From Actinomycetes bacterium (lineage in GTDB: Bacteria > Actinomycetota > Aquicultoria > CAJVYJ01): a stretch of DNA of 30,539 bases. This document shows, in pieces, positions 9,462 through 17,780 of this stretch. The notes beneath the pieces were generated by a model, which saw only the letters and a program-made list of their open reading frames with translations, ran no database searches and was not told the origin of the DNA. Position 1 is the first letter of the stretch. Each line of letters begins with the position of its first letter. The position numbers and the translations under genes were made by a program. The stretch spans positions 1-30,539 of the forward strand of contig JAUVQW010000001.1 of NCBI GenBank assembly GCA_030597945.1. The letters are read 5' to 3'.

Positions 9462-9903
9462 TTGCCTCCTTGGTTTTAAGTGCCCGCTCTTTTGGCGCTT
9501 GGGCAACATGTGGATGATCGCTCCCCGCATATACTTTCAGTTTTTGGATAACTTGCCTACCCAGTTTATTGTGAGGAACCATCCCTTTGACAGCTCTTTC
9601 TATAATCTCTTCCGGCCTCTCACTTAGCACCTTTTTGTATTTCTTTTCTTTGCCCCCACCAAGATAGCCTGAGTGAGAAAAATAGGTCTTTTGCTCTGCC
9701 TTATTTCCAGTAAGCCTTATTTTCTCGGCATTGACGACAACTACATAATCGCCTGTATCAATATGAGGGGTAAAAATCGGCTTATGCTTTCCCCTTATTA
9801 ATTGAGCTATCTCGCTAGCGAGACGACCAAGGGGCTTGTCAGTAGCATCGACTAGCCACCAATCTCTAGTTATCTCACTCGGTTTTGCGCTATATGTCTT
9901 CAA
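9451..9903 (-). CDS. rplM: 50S ribosomal protein L13
   Basis: [44 protein letters not shown] start with GGGAG SD. Confidence 0.98.
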   Translation of the reverse strand: MKTYSAKPSEITRDWWLVDATDKPLGRLASEIAQLIRGKHKPIFTPHIDTGDYVVVVNAEKIRLTGNKAEQKTYFSHSGYLGGGKEKKYKKVLSERPEEIIERAVKGMVPHNKLGRQVIQKLKVYAGSDHPHVAQAPKERALKTKEANGS

Positions 9904-9938
9904 TCGATCTCCCGTATCTGTAAATTAGCAGCTTAGAT

Positions 9939-9967
9939 ATACTAAGTAATTATCTTGTTTGTGTCAA
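9939..9967 (-). promoter_or_regulatory. Housekeeping-sigma promoter of rplM-rpsI
   Basis: TTGACA (9967-9962), 17-nt spacer, TAGTAT (9944-9939). Confidence 0.75.
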
Positions 9968-10056
9968 GAAAATACTGCTCCTAAATAGATTCTAGCCAAT
10001 TGCCAGTCGATTAAACCCGTAGCAGATAGTACAAGATGTTTTATAGCTCGATAAGT

Positions 10057-10842
10057 TCATTCTTTGCGGTTGAACATCACTACAGCTAACGAGATCATGG
10101 CGGCGCCGAAAGCGATTATTACCGCAATATTTAAGGATATCGGATTAGCGCTCACTTCCATACCCAACATCAACCCTCTAAGGGCGTCTACCCCGTAAGT
10201 CAATGGATCGAGAACGGTAAGCGCCTTTAACCACTCGGGCAGTCTTTCGATAGGGAACATGGCACCTGACAAAAGAAATAAAGGCATAACGAGGAAATTC
10301 ATTACCATCTGAAATCCTTCCATGGATTCCATCCTCGCAGCAATGACGATCCCAAAAGATGTCAGCGAAAATGAGATCAAAAACATGAGAGGGATGATGA
10401 TAACCAGTGTCTGAATCGAAAAACTTACACCTATAAAGGGTGCAAAGAGTAAAATGATCAACCCTTGAATAACTGCGACCGTACTCCCCCCCATCGCTTT
10501 TCCAATAGCAACGGACGTCCTAGAAATCGGAGCCACCATCACTTCTTTTAGAAAGCCGAATTCTCTGTCCCAGATTATCGACATAGCGGAGAAGATAGAT
10601 GTAAAAAGTAACGACATACCCAGTATCCCCGGATAGATAAAGACAACATAATTATCAACCGGCCCTAGACTGGAACCACTGCCTCCCCTGATCGCAAGCC
10701 CCCTTGATAGGCCGGTACCGAACACAAAAAGATATAATGCAGGCTGAGCCACGGAGCTCACCAACCTAAATCTATCCCTTCTATATCGTGTGAGATCTCT
10801 TAGCCAGATCGAGTAGATCGCCCGTATGTCCTTGAAACTCAT
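10057..10842 (-). CDS. ABC-2 type exporter permease (DrrB-like)
   Basis: About 6 TM segments; DREFGFLKEVMVAP, FLLSGAMFP, PLTYGVDALR motifs. ATGA overlap with the ATPase gene. Confidence 0.9.
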   Translation of the reverse strand: MSFKDIRAIYSIWLRDLTRYRRDRFRLVSSVAQPALYLFVFGTGLSRGLAIRGGSGSSLGPVDNYVVFIYPGILGMSLLFTSIFSAMSIIWDREFGFLKEVMVAPISRTSVAIGKAMGGSTVAVIQGLIILLFAPFIGVSFSIQTLVIIIPLMFLISFSLTSFGIVIAARMESMEGFQMVMNFLVMPLFLLSGAMFPIERLPEWLKALTVLDPLTYGVDALRGLMLGMEVSANPISLNIAVIIAFGAAMISLAVVMFNRKE

Positions 10843-11813
10843 CGACGCCTCAAAGCTCTAACATGTGATCTCATGCTTTTAATTGCACTTCCCTGTTCTT
10901 CCCGGATCTTTCGACCGGTCAAATGTAAAAATACATCTTCCAATGTCGGGCGATGTACAGATACCGAGACTACCGGGATCGATTGGTCGCTGATAAGCCG
11001 GGGAAGCATGCTTTCGCCATCGTCAGTCTTAATAAAAATAGTGCCATCATCAATGATTACCTGCAGTTTAAACCTTGACTCAATCTCCTTTGCCACTTTA
11101 ATGTTGTCTTTAGTCTTTAGTTTTATCGTGTCTCCCCCAATTGATTTCTTAAGCTCATCAGGCGTATCTAGAGCAATTATTTTGCCTTGGTCGATTATCG
11201 CCACCCGGTCACAATTTTCGGCTTCATCCATGTAGTGAGTGGTAAGAAAAATGGTTATCCGCTCTTTTTCTCTTAGTTCGTTAAGGTAATCCCAGATATG
11301 ATGCCTGGTTTGCGGATCTAAACCCAAGGTCGGCTCGTCTAAGAAAAGTACTTTGGGAAAGTGAAGCAGTCCCCGCCCTATCTCCAACCGACGCTTCATC
11401 CCTCCAGAGAAAGTTCTTACAATATCGTTTTGTCTTGGCGTAAGATCGATCAGATCAAGCACTTTTTTGATCCGTTCTTCTCTCTTCTCTTTTGGAATGT
11501 TATAGACAAGAGCATGAAAATTAAGATTTTCTTTCGCGCTTAGGCGCTCGTCTAAGCTCGGGTCTTGAAAGACAATGCCAATCGATGACCTGACGTCGTG
11601 TGGACTCTTTACTACATCATAACCGTTTAAGACGGCTCGTCCCGACGTTGGCTGCATTAGCGTACATAAGATGTTGATCGTCGTTGTCTTCCCGGCACCG
11701 TTTGGTCCAAGAAAACCGAAAACTTCGCCTTCATGAACTTTAAAAGAAACTCCATCGACTGCCAATATTTCATCAAAGAGTTTTCTTACATTATCCACTT
11801 CTATCATTGCCAT
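10839..11813 (-). CDS. ABC exporter ATP-binding protein (DrrA-like, with C-terminal extension)
   Basis: Walker A GPNGAGKT, signature FSGGM, Walker B LFLDEP, H-loop TTHYM, C-terminal PTLEDVFL. Start reassigned to ATG at 11813 after AGAAAGG. Confidence 0.92.
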   Translation of the reverse strand: MAMIEVDNVRKLFDEILAVDGVSFKVHEGEVFGFLGPNGAGKTTTINILCTLMQPTSGRAVLNGYDVVKSPHDVRSSIGIVFQDPSLDERLSAKENLNFHALVYNIPKEKREERIKKVLDLIDLTPRQNDIVRTFSGGMKRRLEIGRGLLHFPKVLFLDEPTLGLDPQTRHHIWDYLNELREKERITIFLTTHYMDEAENCDRVAIIDQGKIIALDTPDELKKSIGGDTIKLKTKDNIKVAKEIESRFKLQVIIDDGTIFIKTDDGESMLPRLISDQSIPVVSVSVHRPTLEDVFLHLTGRKIREEQGSAIKSMRSHVRALRRR

Positions 11814-11871
11814 TTTTATGCCTTTCTTACATCGGTATAATATAACAGACAAAGTTTAAAGAGAAAGTATT

Positions 11872-12474
11872 ATGCCTGATAAGGAAAAAAAGATCTTAAG
11901 GGATGAATATTTGATAAAAAGAGATGGTCTCAGCAGTAAGATGCGCCATCATATGAGCGCCGCCATTTTAGAAAACCTTATCCGGAGCCCTATATATAAA
12001 TCAGCAAACGACATCGGTTTCTATTGCTCTTTCGGCAGCGAAGTCGAAACATCTGAGATGATGAGTAGAGCGATAACGGATAATAAATCAATTTACCTTC
12101 CGGTAATAGACCCAAGCGATAAAAAAATGCACTTTTGCCATTTCGATGGAGATGTATGTTGTCTTACCTGCAACTCTTTTGGCATCATGGAACCTAAAAA
12201 AATGCCGGCCATAGCCGATCAGGTGCTGGATTTGATCATTGTTCCCGGTCTGGTCTTTACCAAAAACGGATGGAGAATAGGCCACGGGGCCGGCTATTAT
12301 GACCGTTATTTAAAAAAAGTTGACGCTACTACCAGCGGTGTCGCCTTTTCCACTCAGATGAGAGAATCGATCCCGAAAGGAAAATTCGACGTTCCGCTCG
12401 ATTATGTCATTACTGAAAAAGATCTATTTATAAGAAATGAACCAAAGCCCGTCTTTTCCGGATTTCAAAAATAG
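11872..12474 (+). CDS. 5-formyltetrahydrofolate cyclo-ligase
   Basis: FGSEVET, IYLPVI, FGIMEP, DLIIVPGLVF, RIGHGAGYYDRYL, DVPLDYVITE. Confidence 0.93.
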   Translation: MPDKEKKILRDEYLIKRDGLSSKMRHHMSAAILENLIRSPIYKSANDIGFYCSFGSEVETSEMMSRAITDNKSIYLPVIDPSDKKMHFCHFDGDVCCLTCNSFGIMEPKKMPAIADQVLDLIIVPGLVFTKNGWRIGHGAGYYDRYLKKVDATTSGVAFSTQMRESIPKGKFDVPLDYVITEKDLFIRNEPKPVFSGFQK

Positions 12475-12489
12475 TTATGAAAAACTGTT

Positions 12490-12536
12490 TTGACAATCTC
12501 TATGTGGATATATAATATTATAGCTATAAGTCTTAT
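12490..12536 (+). promoter_or_regulatory. arsR promoter with overlapping palindromes (candidate autoregulatory operator)
   Basis: TTGACA at 12490-12495. The -10 is TATAAT at 12511 (15-nt spacer) or TAATAT at 12513 (17-nt spacer). Palindromes ATAATATTAT (12512-12521), TTATAGCTATAA (12518-12529) and ATAAG-T-CTTAT (12526-12536). SD GAGGTGA. Confidence 0.65.
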
Positions 12537-12550
12537 TGAGGTGATAATAT

Positions 12551-12838
12551 ATGCCAGGTTCGGAAGATTTCTTCCACGCGATGTCTGATAATACTAGACA
12601 AGAGATATTGGTCTTGTTGGATAAGAAGCCTAGATGTGTAAGAGATATAGCAAAAAAATTTTGTATCTCCCAGCCATCGATATCTAGACATCTGTCAGTA
12701 CTTAAAAATGCCGGCCTGGTAAGTGATGAGAGAAACGGCCAAAAGATTATTTATTCTCTAAATCAAGATTGGTTGCGCAGCTGTTGCGAGAATAACTTTG
12801 CCAGGTTTAGCTGTTGCAAAAGTCTTTTTAAATCTTAG
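12551..12838 (+). CDS. ArsR/SmtB family metalloregulator with C-terminal Cys pairs
   Basis: FHAMSDNTRQEIL, wHTH CVRDIA...SQPSISRHLSVLKNAGLV, ERNGQKIIYSL; C-terminus SCCENNFARFSCC. Confidence 0.92.
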   Translation: MPGSEDFFHAMSDNTRQEILVLLDKKPRCVRDIAKKFCISQPSISRHLSVLKNAGLVSDERNGQKIIYSLNQDWLRSCCENNFARFSCCKSLFKS

Positions 12839-12859
12839 ATTACTAAGGAGGTGACGTGG

Positions 12860-12922
12860 ATGAAAAGATATATGGTACCTCGAATAGCCCATTGTGAGTC
12901 TGGTTGCACTAGACCGTCCTGA
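12860..12922 (+). CDS. Unannotated 20-aa Cys-containing peptide MKRYMVPRIAHCESGCTRPS
   Basis: Near-perfect SD AAGGAGGTGA (12845-12854), 21 nt after the arsR stop, ATG at 12860, TGA at 12920-12922, terminator downstream. Below the ORF-track length cutoff. Confidence 0.6.
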   Translation: MKRYMVPRIAHCESGCTRPS

Positions 12923-12958
12923 GCACGACGCGAAACTACTCATCAGGTTAAAAAGTTA

Positions 12959-12992
12959 AGGCCCCCGAAATTGGAGGGTCTTTTCTTTTTTT
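12959..12992 (+). terminator. Intrinsic terminator of the arsR-peptide transcript
   Basis: Stem AGGCCC-CC / GG-(A)-GGGTCT with loop GAAATT, followed by TTTCTTTTTTT; lies between convergent genes. Confidence 0.8.
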
Positions 12993-14097
12993 ATCTGTAT
13001 TTATAGAGTTGATCGAGGGTAACAATGGAGTAGCCTGCTGATCTTAGATGCTCTATGATCTTGGGTAGAGCCGCTACCGTTACCTGTCTATTGCCTCCAC
13101 CATCATGAAGTAAAACGATTGCCCCCGGTCTTACTTGCAACATCATCGTCTGAATGATGCTATCTACTGACTCCGCCTGCCAATCCATAGGATCAACCGA
13201 CCACAGCGCAATCGAGTAACCTCGTCTGGTCACCGCTTCTCCTAGCAGGCCGTTTAGGCGACCGAAGGGGGGGCGAAACCATCTGGGTGATTCCCCAGTT
13301 TTTGCGAGAATAAGATCATGGCTCACTTGAATCTCGTTTTCCACGACCGCCTGATCCTTATCATCGAGACGACTGTGAGTGAGCGAGTGGTTCTCAATAT
13401 CAAAGCCTTGGTCCTTCATATATTTTATAGTGGCAGGATATTTTTGGACCTGCGTCCCTACGACAAAAAAAGTTGCCGGCACATCGTAGGATTTTAGAAT
13501 ATCAACTATTTGTTTTGTATATGGGAGCAAAGGGCCATCATCAAAAGTAAGCGCCACCATTCTTTTGGGATTAATTTTTCCTCTCTTTAATATTGTCGGT
13601 TTCGGCTTACTAACTATCTCTTTCTTTACAATAAGGCCGCTATCTTCTAGGTAATACTCTCTTATTTCGCCAGGCGATCCAGGTCTTTTAACAACTACAA
13701 ATGGACCGCTGCCTTCGATGATCGTCCGCGGTGTAATCTCCAGGGTTCTTTCTTTAATCACTTCCCGTAAATTTCTTCCTTGGACCATCTCAATCCTAGA
13801 CCCGCGGCTTATCAATGAGGATTCCTTGACCCGTGAGCCATCTAGGTAAATCGTTGGCTCTTCTCCCAAACCGTTTAATACGATCTCTCCGTCATGGCTG
13901 AGAAGATTGCCGGTCTCTGGTTTAAAACCTACTTTTCTTAGTGCGTCGCCTACTGTCTTCTCTTTAGTTATATAGTTTTCATTGTTTATCTTGATCGGTA
14001 TCTTTGCGTAGGCAGAATAAAAAAAGACCTCGATCCCGATAAGGGTGATCACGGCCACCAACAGACGGATAATCATCTTTTTTTTACTAATAATCAT
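12991..14097 (-). CDS. Membrane-anchored polysaccharide deacetylase (NodB/CE4) with putative ubiquitin-like/G5-type stalk
   Basis: N-terminal TM; ALTFDDGP, ENHSLTH, FRPPFG, LWSVDPMDW, IVLLHDG. The stalk region (KTVGDAL...PGSPGEI...KKEIVSKP) resembles DUF348/G5 modules (inference). Confidence 0.88.
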   Translation of the reverse strand: MIISKKKMIIRLLVAVITLIGIEVFFYSAYAKIPIKINNENYITKEKTVGDALRKVGFKPETGNLLSHDGEIVLNGLGEEPTIYLDGSRVKESSLISRGSRIEMVQGRNLREVIKERTLEITPRTIIEGSGPFVVVKRPGSPGEIREYYLEDSGLIVKKEIVSKPKPTILKRGKINPKRMVALTFDDGPLLPYTKQIVDILKSYDVPATFFVVGTQVQKYPATIKYMKDQGFDIENHSLTHSRLDDKDQAVVENEIQVSHDLILAKTGESPRWFRPPFGRLNGLLGEAVTRRGYSIALWSVDPMDWQAESVDSIIQTMMLQVRPGAIVLLHDGGGNRQVTVAALPKIIEHLRSAGYSIVTLDQLYKYR

Positions 14098-14924
14098 TCT
14101 TTTTTTCTTTTGCTTATAATAGCCGCAACCTCACTTCCAAAAATAGTTATGATCGCCAAGATATATAGCCAGAGCAAAAAGCCGACGACAATACCGAGTG
14201 ATCCATAGATCGCTGTAAAACCGGAGACGCGCTTTAAATACCACGAAAAAACTCTTCTTGCCAGTTCCCAGATTATACCTGCTGTGACCGCTCCTTTCCA
14301 GATGTCCTTAACTGGCGGTCTCTTACTTGGCACAAAATGGTAGATAGCTCCAAATACGCCGATGACGATAAAGACATTAAAGACCCAAAGGTATGGATTG
14401 AGAACAGATACATCCGTATCACCCGACAATATACCTAGCCAAACGTCGCGAATAATTTGTAATATAGGAAAAAATAGAGACGTTAAGATCAAAATAAATA
14501 CTATCCCTATGACAACAACTACTCCAAGAAGTCTGGCTCTAAAGAGCAACTTGCTCTCACTTTTACCCCAGATCTGATCGAGCGCATATTCCAAGGCGTC
14601 AAAGACAGCTGTCCCCACCCAAAGAAGTCCGATGATACCGATGATACCTACCTCGCCCCTGGTAGCCACAACGGCTTCGATGTTCTCCTTTATGAGATCA
14701 CTAAATTGCGGGATCGTCCTGTTGACCAGGTCAATCAATTGATTGATCGTTCCCCCCCTGACGAGATCGAATCCGGCGATTGATACCAGCACTAATATCA
14801 GAGGAAATAACGAAAGGAGGGCGTAGTAAGCTATTGTCGCCGCCAGGAAAGTTCCGTGGTCACCGGAGAATTTTAGATAGACTTCTTTAATAAATCCATA
14901 GACCGATCTGATCTTATTCTTCAA
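14094..14924 (-). CDS. YihY/virulence factor BrkB family membrane protein
   Basis: AATIAYYALLSLFPLI, ALDQIW, YHFVP, IYGSLGIVVGFLLWLY...GSEV. Confidence 0.9.
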   Translation of the reverse strand: MKNKIRSVYGFIKEVYLKFSGDHGTFLAATIAYYALLSLFPLILVLVSIAGFDLVRGGTINQLIDLVNRTIPQFSDLIKENIEAVVATRGEVGIIGIIGLLWVGTAVFDALEYALDQIWGKSESKLLFRARLLGVVVVIGIVFILILTSLFFPILQIIRDVWLGILSGDTDVSVLNPYLWVFNVFIVIGVFGAIYHFVPSKRPPVKDIWKGAVTAGIIWELARRVFSWYLKRVSGFTAIYGSLGIVVGFLLWLYILAIITIFGSEVAAIISKRKKE

Positions 14925-15004
14925 TTCATTTTGATATTACGTTCTAGCTCTTCACTTGGCAAGGGAGGAGTTTAAATTCGATGATTGCAAATCAAGTGTT
15001 GCGG

Positions 15005-16405
15005 CTAGTTGGTGGCTTCGGGTTTGTTCCCAAAATATGATCTCTCTAGAGTGAATTCCTGCTGTACCCCTTTGATGGCAATTGAGTCTACAGCAACCAA
15101 TTTTTGGTTATCCTTTTTAAAATATAGAAGTTGGAGGCTGTACGGTAATCCCTCTTCCACTTCGAAGGTCCTTATGCCCGCTGCCCCGGTCGTTCCCGCA
15201 TTTATCAAGTTGGTTCCTTTGACCTTGTCGAGTTTTGCCCTATGAGAGTGTCCGCTTAAGACAACATCAACCATGCCCAATATTTTTTTTGCGTTTCGTG
15301 GTTCATGAGTGGCAACGATATCCGGTTTATTTTTACTGCCGCCAACTATCTCTTGTAACTCAGTGGCGCTTATATCTGCCAGGTTCTTACTCTGAGACTT
15401 TCGAACGTCTTTCGTTATCGAGCTGGGGTCCGGGTAACCCAAGATATCCAACTCTTTAAAGGAAAAACTCTCTCCTTTTTCTAGAACATCAACATTTTCG
15501 ATCCCGTCAAGCATCGAAACTATCTCGGGTGAGTCATGATTGCCGGGGATATATACATAGGGCGTCTCAAGGCCTCTAATGTTATTTAAAAGACTGGCCT
15601 CCATTGGTGTTCCAAAGTCGGTAATGTCTCCGGTATCTATTATAAGATCCACATTGAAATCTTCGGCAATCTGCTTTGTCAGCTCCAACCCTACAGGGTT
15701 ATTATGAATATCGCTGACATGAAGAACTTTTATCGATTCGTCTTTCTTAAGACCGTCGCTATCCATCCCTTCCACGCGGGAATAAAAATAGTGAAGATTT
15801 GCAGCCAATTTTTTTACCTCTTGGCGAAACGAATCTAGTGTATCCAGTTTCTCTTCAATATTATTCATCAGCCATGGAGCCGCCGTAAGAAGGCCTGTAT
15901 ATTTTGGCTGCCTGAATTCACGATAGTTGTAGGTTGTAGCAGTTGCTAAGGCCATGGAACCGATAATAAGCGCACCACATAATCCCCCCGCCACTACCCT
16001 ATAAATGGATCTTGGCCTTATAATAAGTCCGGCTAGCGCCCCTCCGACAATTGCCAGAAAAAAGATTTTGATTAAAAAATATTTTAGCGCTTCTTTTGCC
16101 TGTATTTCAGATCTAGAAAATATCTCTTTTTTTGAGATAGAGGTATTTGCCAGTTTTTCTACGCTTTCAATTGAGACCTGCTCGATTTTGGCACGAGCCT
16201 TTACGGGCGCTTTGTGAGTCTTTGCAGATATTGTCCCAAGCGGTGGGAGAATGAGTTCCGTACTGCCTTTAAGGGCGGGGGCTACACTCATTTCGACAGT
16301 GGCACCCTCGATATCATAAGTAGATCTCCCAAACAATGCGACAGCAAGTAACGCAAATATGATTGCGGTTAGGATAAACAAACTAGTAACGCGAAAATCT
16401 TTCAA
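15005..16405 (-). CDS. Membrane-associated metallophosphoesterase (calcineurin-like)
   Basis: Three N-terminal TM segments; HVSDIH, DTGDITD, GNHD, THE, GHSH metal motifs. Start probably TTG at 16405 (GAGG 8 nt upstream) rather than ATG at 16456. Confidence 0.85.
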   Translation of the reverse strand: MKDFRVTSLFILTAIIFALLAVALFGRSTYDIEGATVEMSVAPALKGSTELILPPLGTISAKTHKAPVKARAKIEQVSIESVEKLANTSISKKEIFSRSEIQAKEALKYFLIKIFFLAIVGGALAGLIIRPRSIYRVVAGGLCGALIIGSMALATATTYNYREFRQPKYTGLLTAAPWLMNNIEEKLDTLDSFRQEVKKLAANLHYFYSRVEGMDSDGLKKDESIKVLHVSDIHNNPVGLELTKQIAEDFNVDLIIDTGDITDFGTPMEASLLNNIRGLETPYVYIPGNHDSPEIVSMLDGIENVDVLEKGESFSFKELDILGYPDPSSITKDVRKSQSKNLADISATELQEIVGGSKNKPDIVATHEPRNAKKILGMVDVVLSGHSHRAKLDKVKGTNLINAGTTGAAGIRTFEVEEGLPYSLQLLYFKKDNQKLVAVDSIAIKGVQQEFTLERSYFGNKPEATN

Positions 16406-16554
16406 ACTACGTGCCTCACAACAATTATTTGACCGATCTACTATATGGCCGGTCATATACTATTGTGAAATGTTGGGGCTAAAAGTCAACAAAGAGACTC
16501 TGTTAAACTCGGCCAAAACAATTAAAGATAAAGTCTGCGGGAACAAAAAGTCTT

Positions 16555-17325
16555 TTAATGTTTGTCTTTCCACTTTTGAAATCTGGAACGAATTCCCCCC
16601 GTACCTGCAGCTAGTGTCAGATGATGAAGCCTCTTCGCTTCAGTTGCTCTCGAAATATGATCAGCTGTAATGATATCGCCTTTTTCGATAACCTTATCTC
16701 CGGTTTCGTCGGTGATATCGTAACTTGAGGTCTTACCGATGATGAAAGATCTCTCCCTGGAACTTACAAGACCCTCAGCTTCTGTCTTTAACTTGAACAT
16801 CTTCGTTCCAAGAGTCGACATCTGTTCTGTCAATTTGCTACTAGCTTTTATTAATTTCTCCGCTTTGACCTCGATCTCACTGCCGGTGAACGATAATATG
16901 TCCTTGCCTTCGACAATATAGCTCCCTCTTGTAAAGGTAACAAAGGCGTTTTTGCTTATTGATATGCTTTCTAGTGTGCCGTCTTCCAGTTTGTATTTGG
17001 CTAATCTTACTTTCCCCAGATCTTTCCCTTTCGAGCTCGCAACCTTTCTGCCGATAAGAGAAGTCCCTGGTCTAAGTAGTGGTCTGAATCTGGGGTCTTT
17101 TTTACGCGCAAGCAAGCTGCCTTCGGCTAGAATGATTTTATCATCGCCTACTTTAGCAATATCGCTTACCACCAATATTCTTGATCTCTTAAAAGGTCCG
17201 GGTTTTATCAGTAGGGCGACCAGCCGCCTGCCTTCAGCCTCTAGAAGAGTCCTGGTGACGATTCCGATGTTTACCTGATCATTTGATAATACCCTTGCAT
17301 CTATAATGCGGGGAATTAAAATCAT
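16555..17325 (-). CDS. PRC-barrel domain protein (tandem)
   Basis: IIDARVLSNDQVNIGIV and LIGRKVASSKGKDLGKV barrels; C-terminal IIGKTSSYDITDETGDKVIEKGDIIT module. Confidence 0.7.
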   Translation of the reverse strand: MILIPRIIDARVLSNDQVNIGIVTRTLLEAEGRRLVALLIKPGPFKRSRILVVSDIAKVGDDKIILAEGSLLARKKDPRFRPLLRPGTSLIGRKVASSKGKDLGKVRLAKYKLEDGTLESISISKNAFVTFTRGSYIVEGKDILSFTGSEIEVKAEKLIKASSKLTEQMSTLGTKMFKLKTEAEGLVSSRERSFIIGKTSSYDITDETGDKVIEKGDIITADHISRATEAKRLHHLTLAAGTGGIRSRFQKWKDKH

Positions 17326-17367
17326 TTACTTATGAGAGTCATCTTCAACTTAATAAAGCTGTCTTTA

Positions 17368-17715
17368 TTAACTGTTATCTTCCGTAGCTTCCTTAGCTTT
17401 TTTTAAGGAGTCATTTACTTTTTCTTTCGCAGACTCGGTTGCCTGATCGACTTGATCTTTCAGCCTTTCTTTTGCCTCTTCAAGCTTGATCTTTATATCA
17501 TCTCTTTTTTGTTGGACCGCTTCTTTACCGGAATCGACCGCTTTTAGTACTCGTTCCCTTTGGGCTTCATAGTTTTCGCGACCCTGTTCCACGTATTCGT
17601 CGAACAAGTCCTTTAGATCGTCCCTAGTTTCTTTTCCTGATTTGGGAGCGTATAACATGCCGATGACAGTTCCAACAAGTCCGCCTGCCACAAAACTCCA
17701 GAATCTTCCTCTCAC
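17368..17715 (-). CDS. YtxH domain protein
   Basis: FVAGGLVGTVIGMLYAPKSGKETR followed by a coiled coil. GTG start with GGAGGTGA SD. Confidence 0.9.
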   Translation of the reverse strand: MRGRFWSFVAGGLVGTVIGMLYAPKSGKETRDDLKDLFDEYVEQGRENYEAQRERVLKAVDSGKEAVQQKRDDIKIKLEEAKERLKDQVDQATESAKEKVNDSLKKAKEATEDNS

Positions 17716-17780
17716 CCTAGATCACCTCCAACTTTTCAATCTAGCTTATCATATCTAATAAACAGAGCTTCATACAAGAC

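Noticed and set aside
11814-11871. 6S RNA upstream of the 5-formyl-THF cyclo-ligase
   Set aside because: Only 58 nt are available and there is no long hairpin.
12503-12511. DnaA-box-like ATATCCACA in the arsR promoter spacer
   Set aside because: Single one-mismatch site in AT-rich DNA; expected by chance.
12894-12950. Hammerhead ribozyme (CTGATGA on the - strand, GAAAC on the + strand) or a known riboswitch (preQ1-I, c-di-GMP, TPP)
   Set aside because: The two hammerhead core elements are on opposite strands, and the + strand CTGAGCA lacks G8 and stem II. The riboswitch resemblances are only partial and there is no downstream gene.
12920-13006. Selenocysteine read-through of the peptide's TGA
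   Set aside because: No independent SECIS-like hairpin 3' of the UGA, and read-through would run through the terminator U-tract before reaching a stop. Kept only as a testable alternative.
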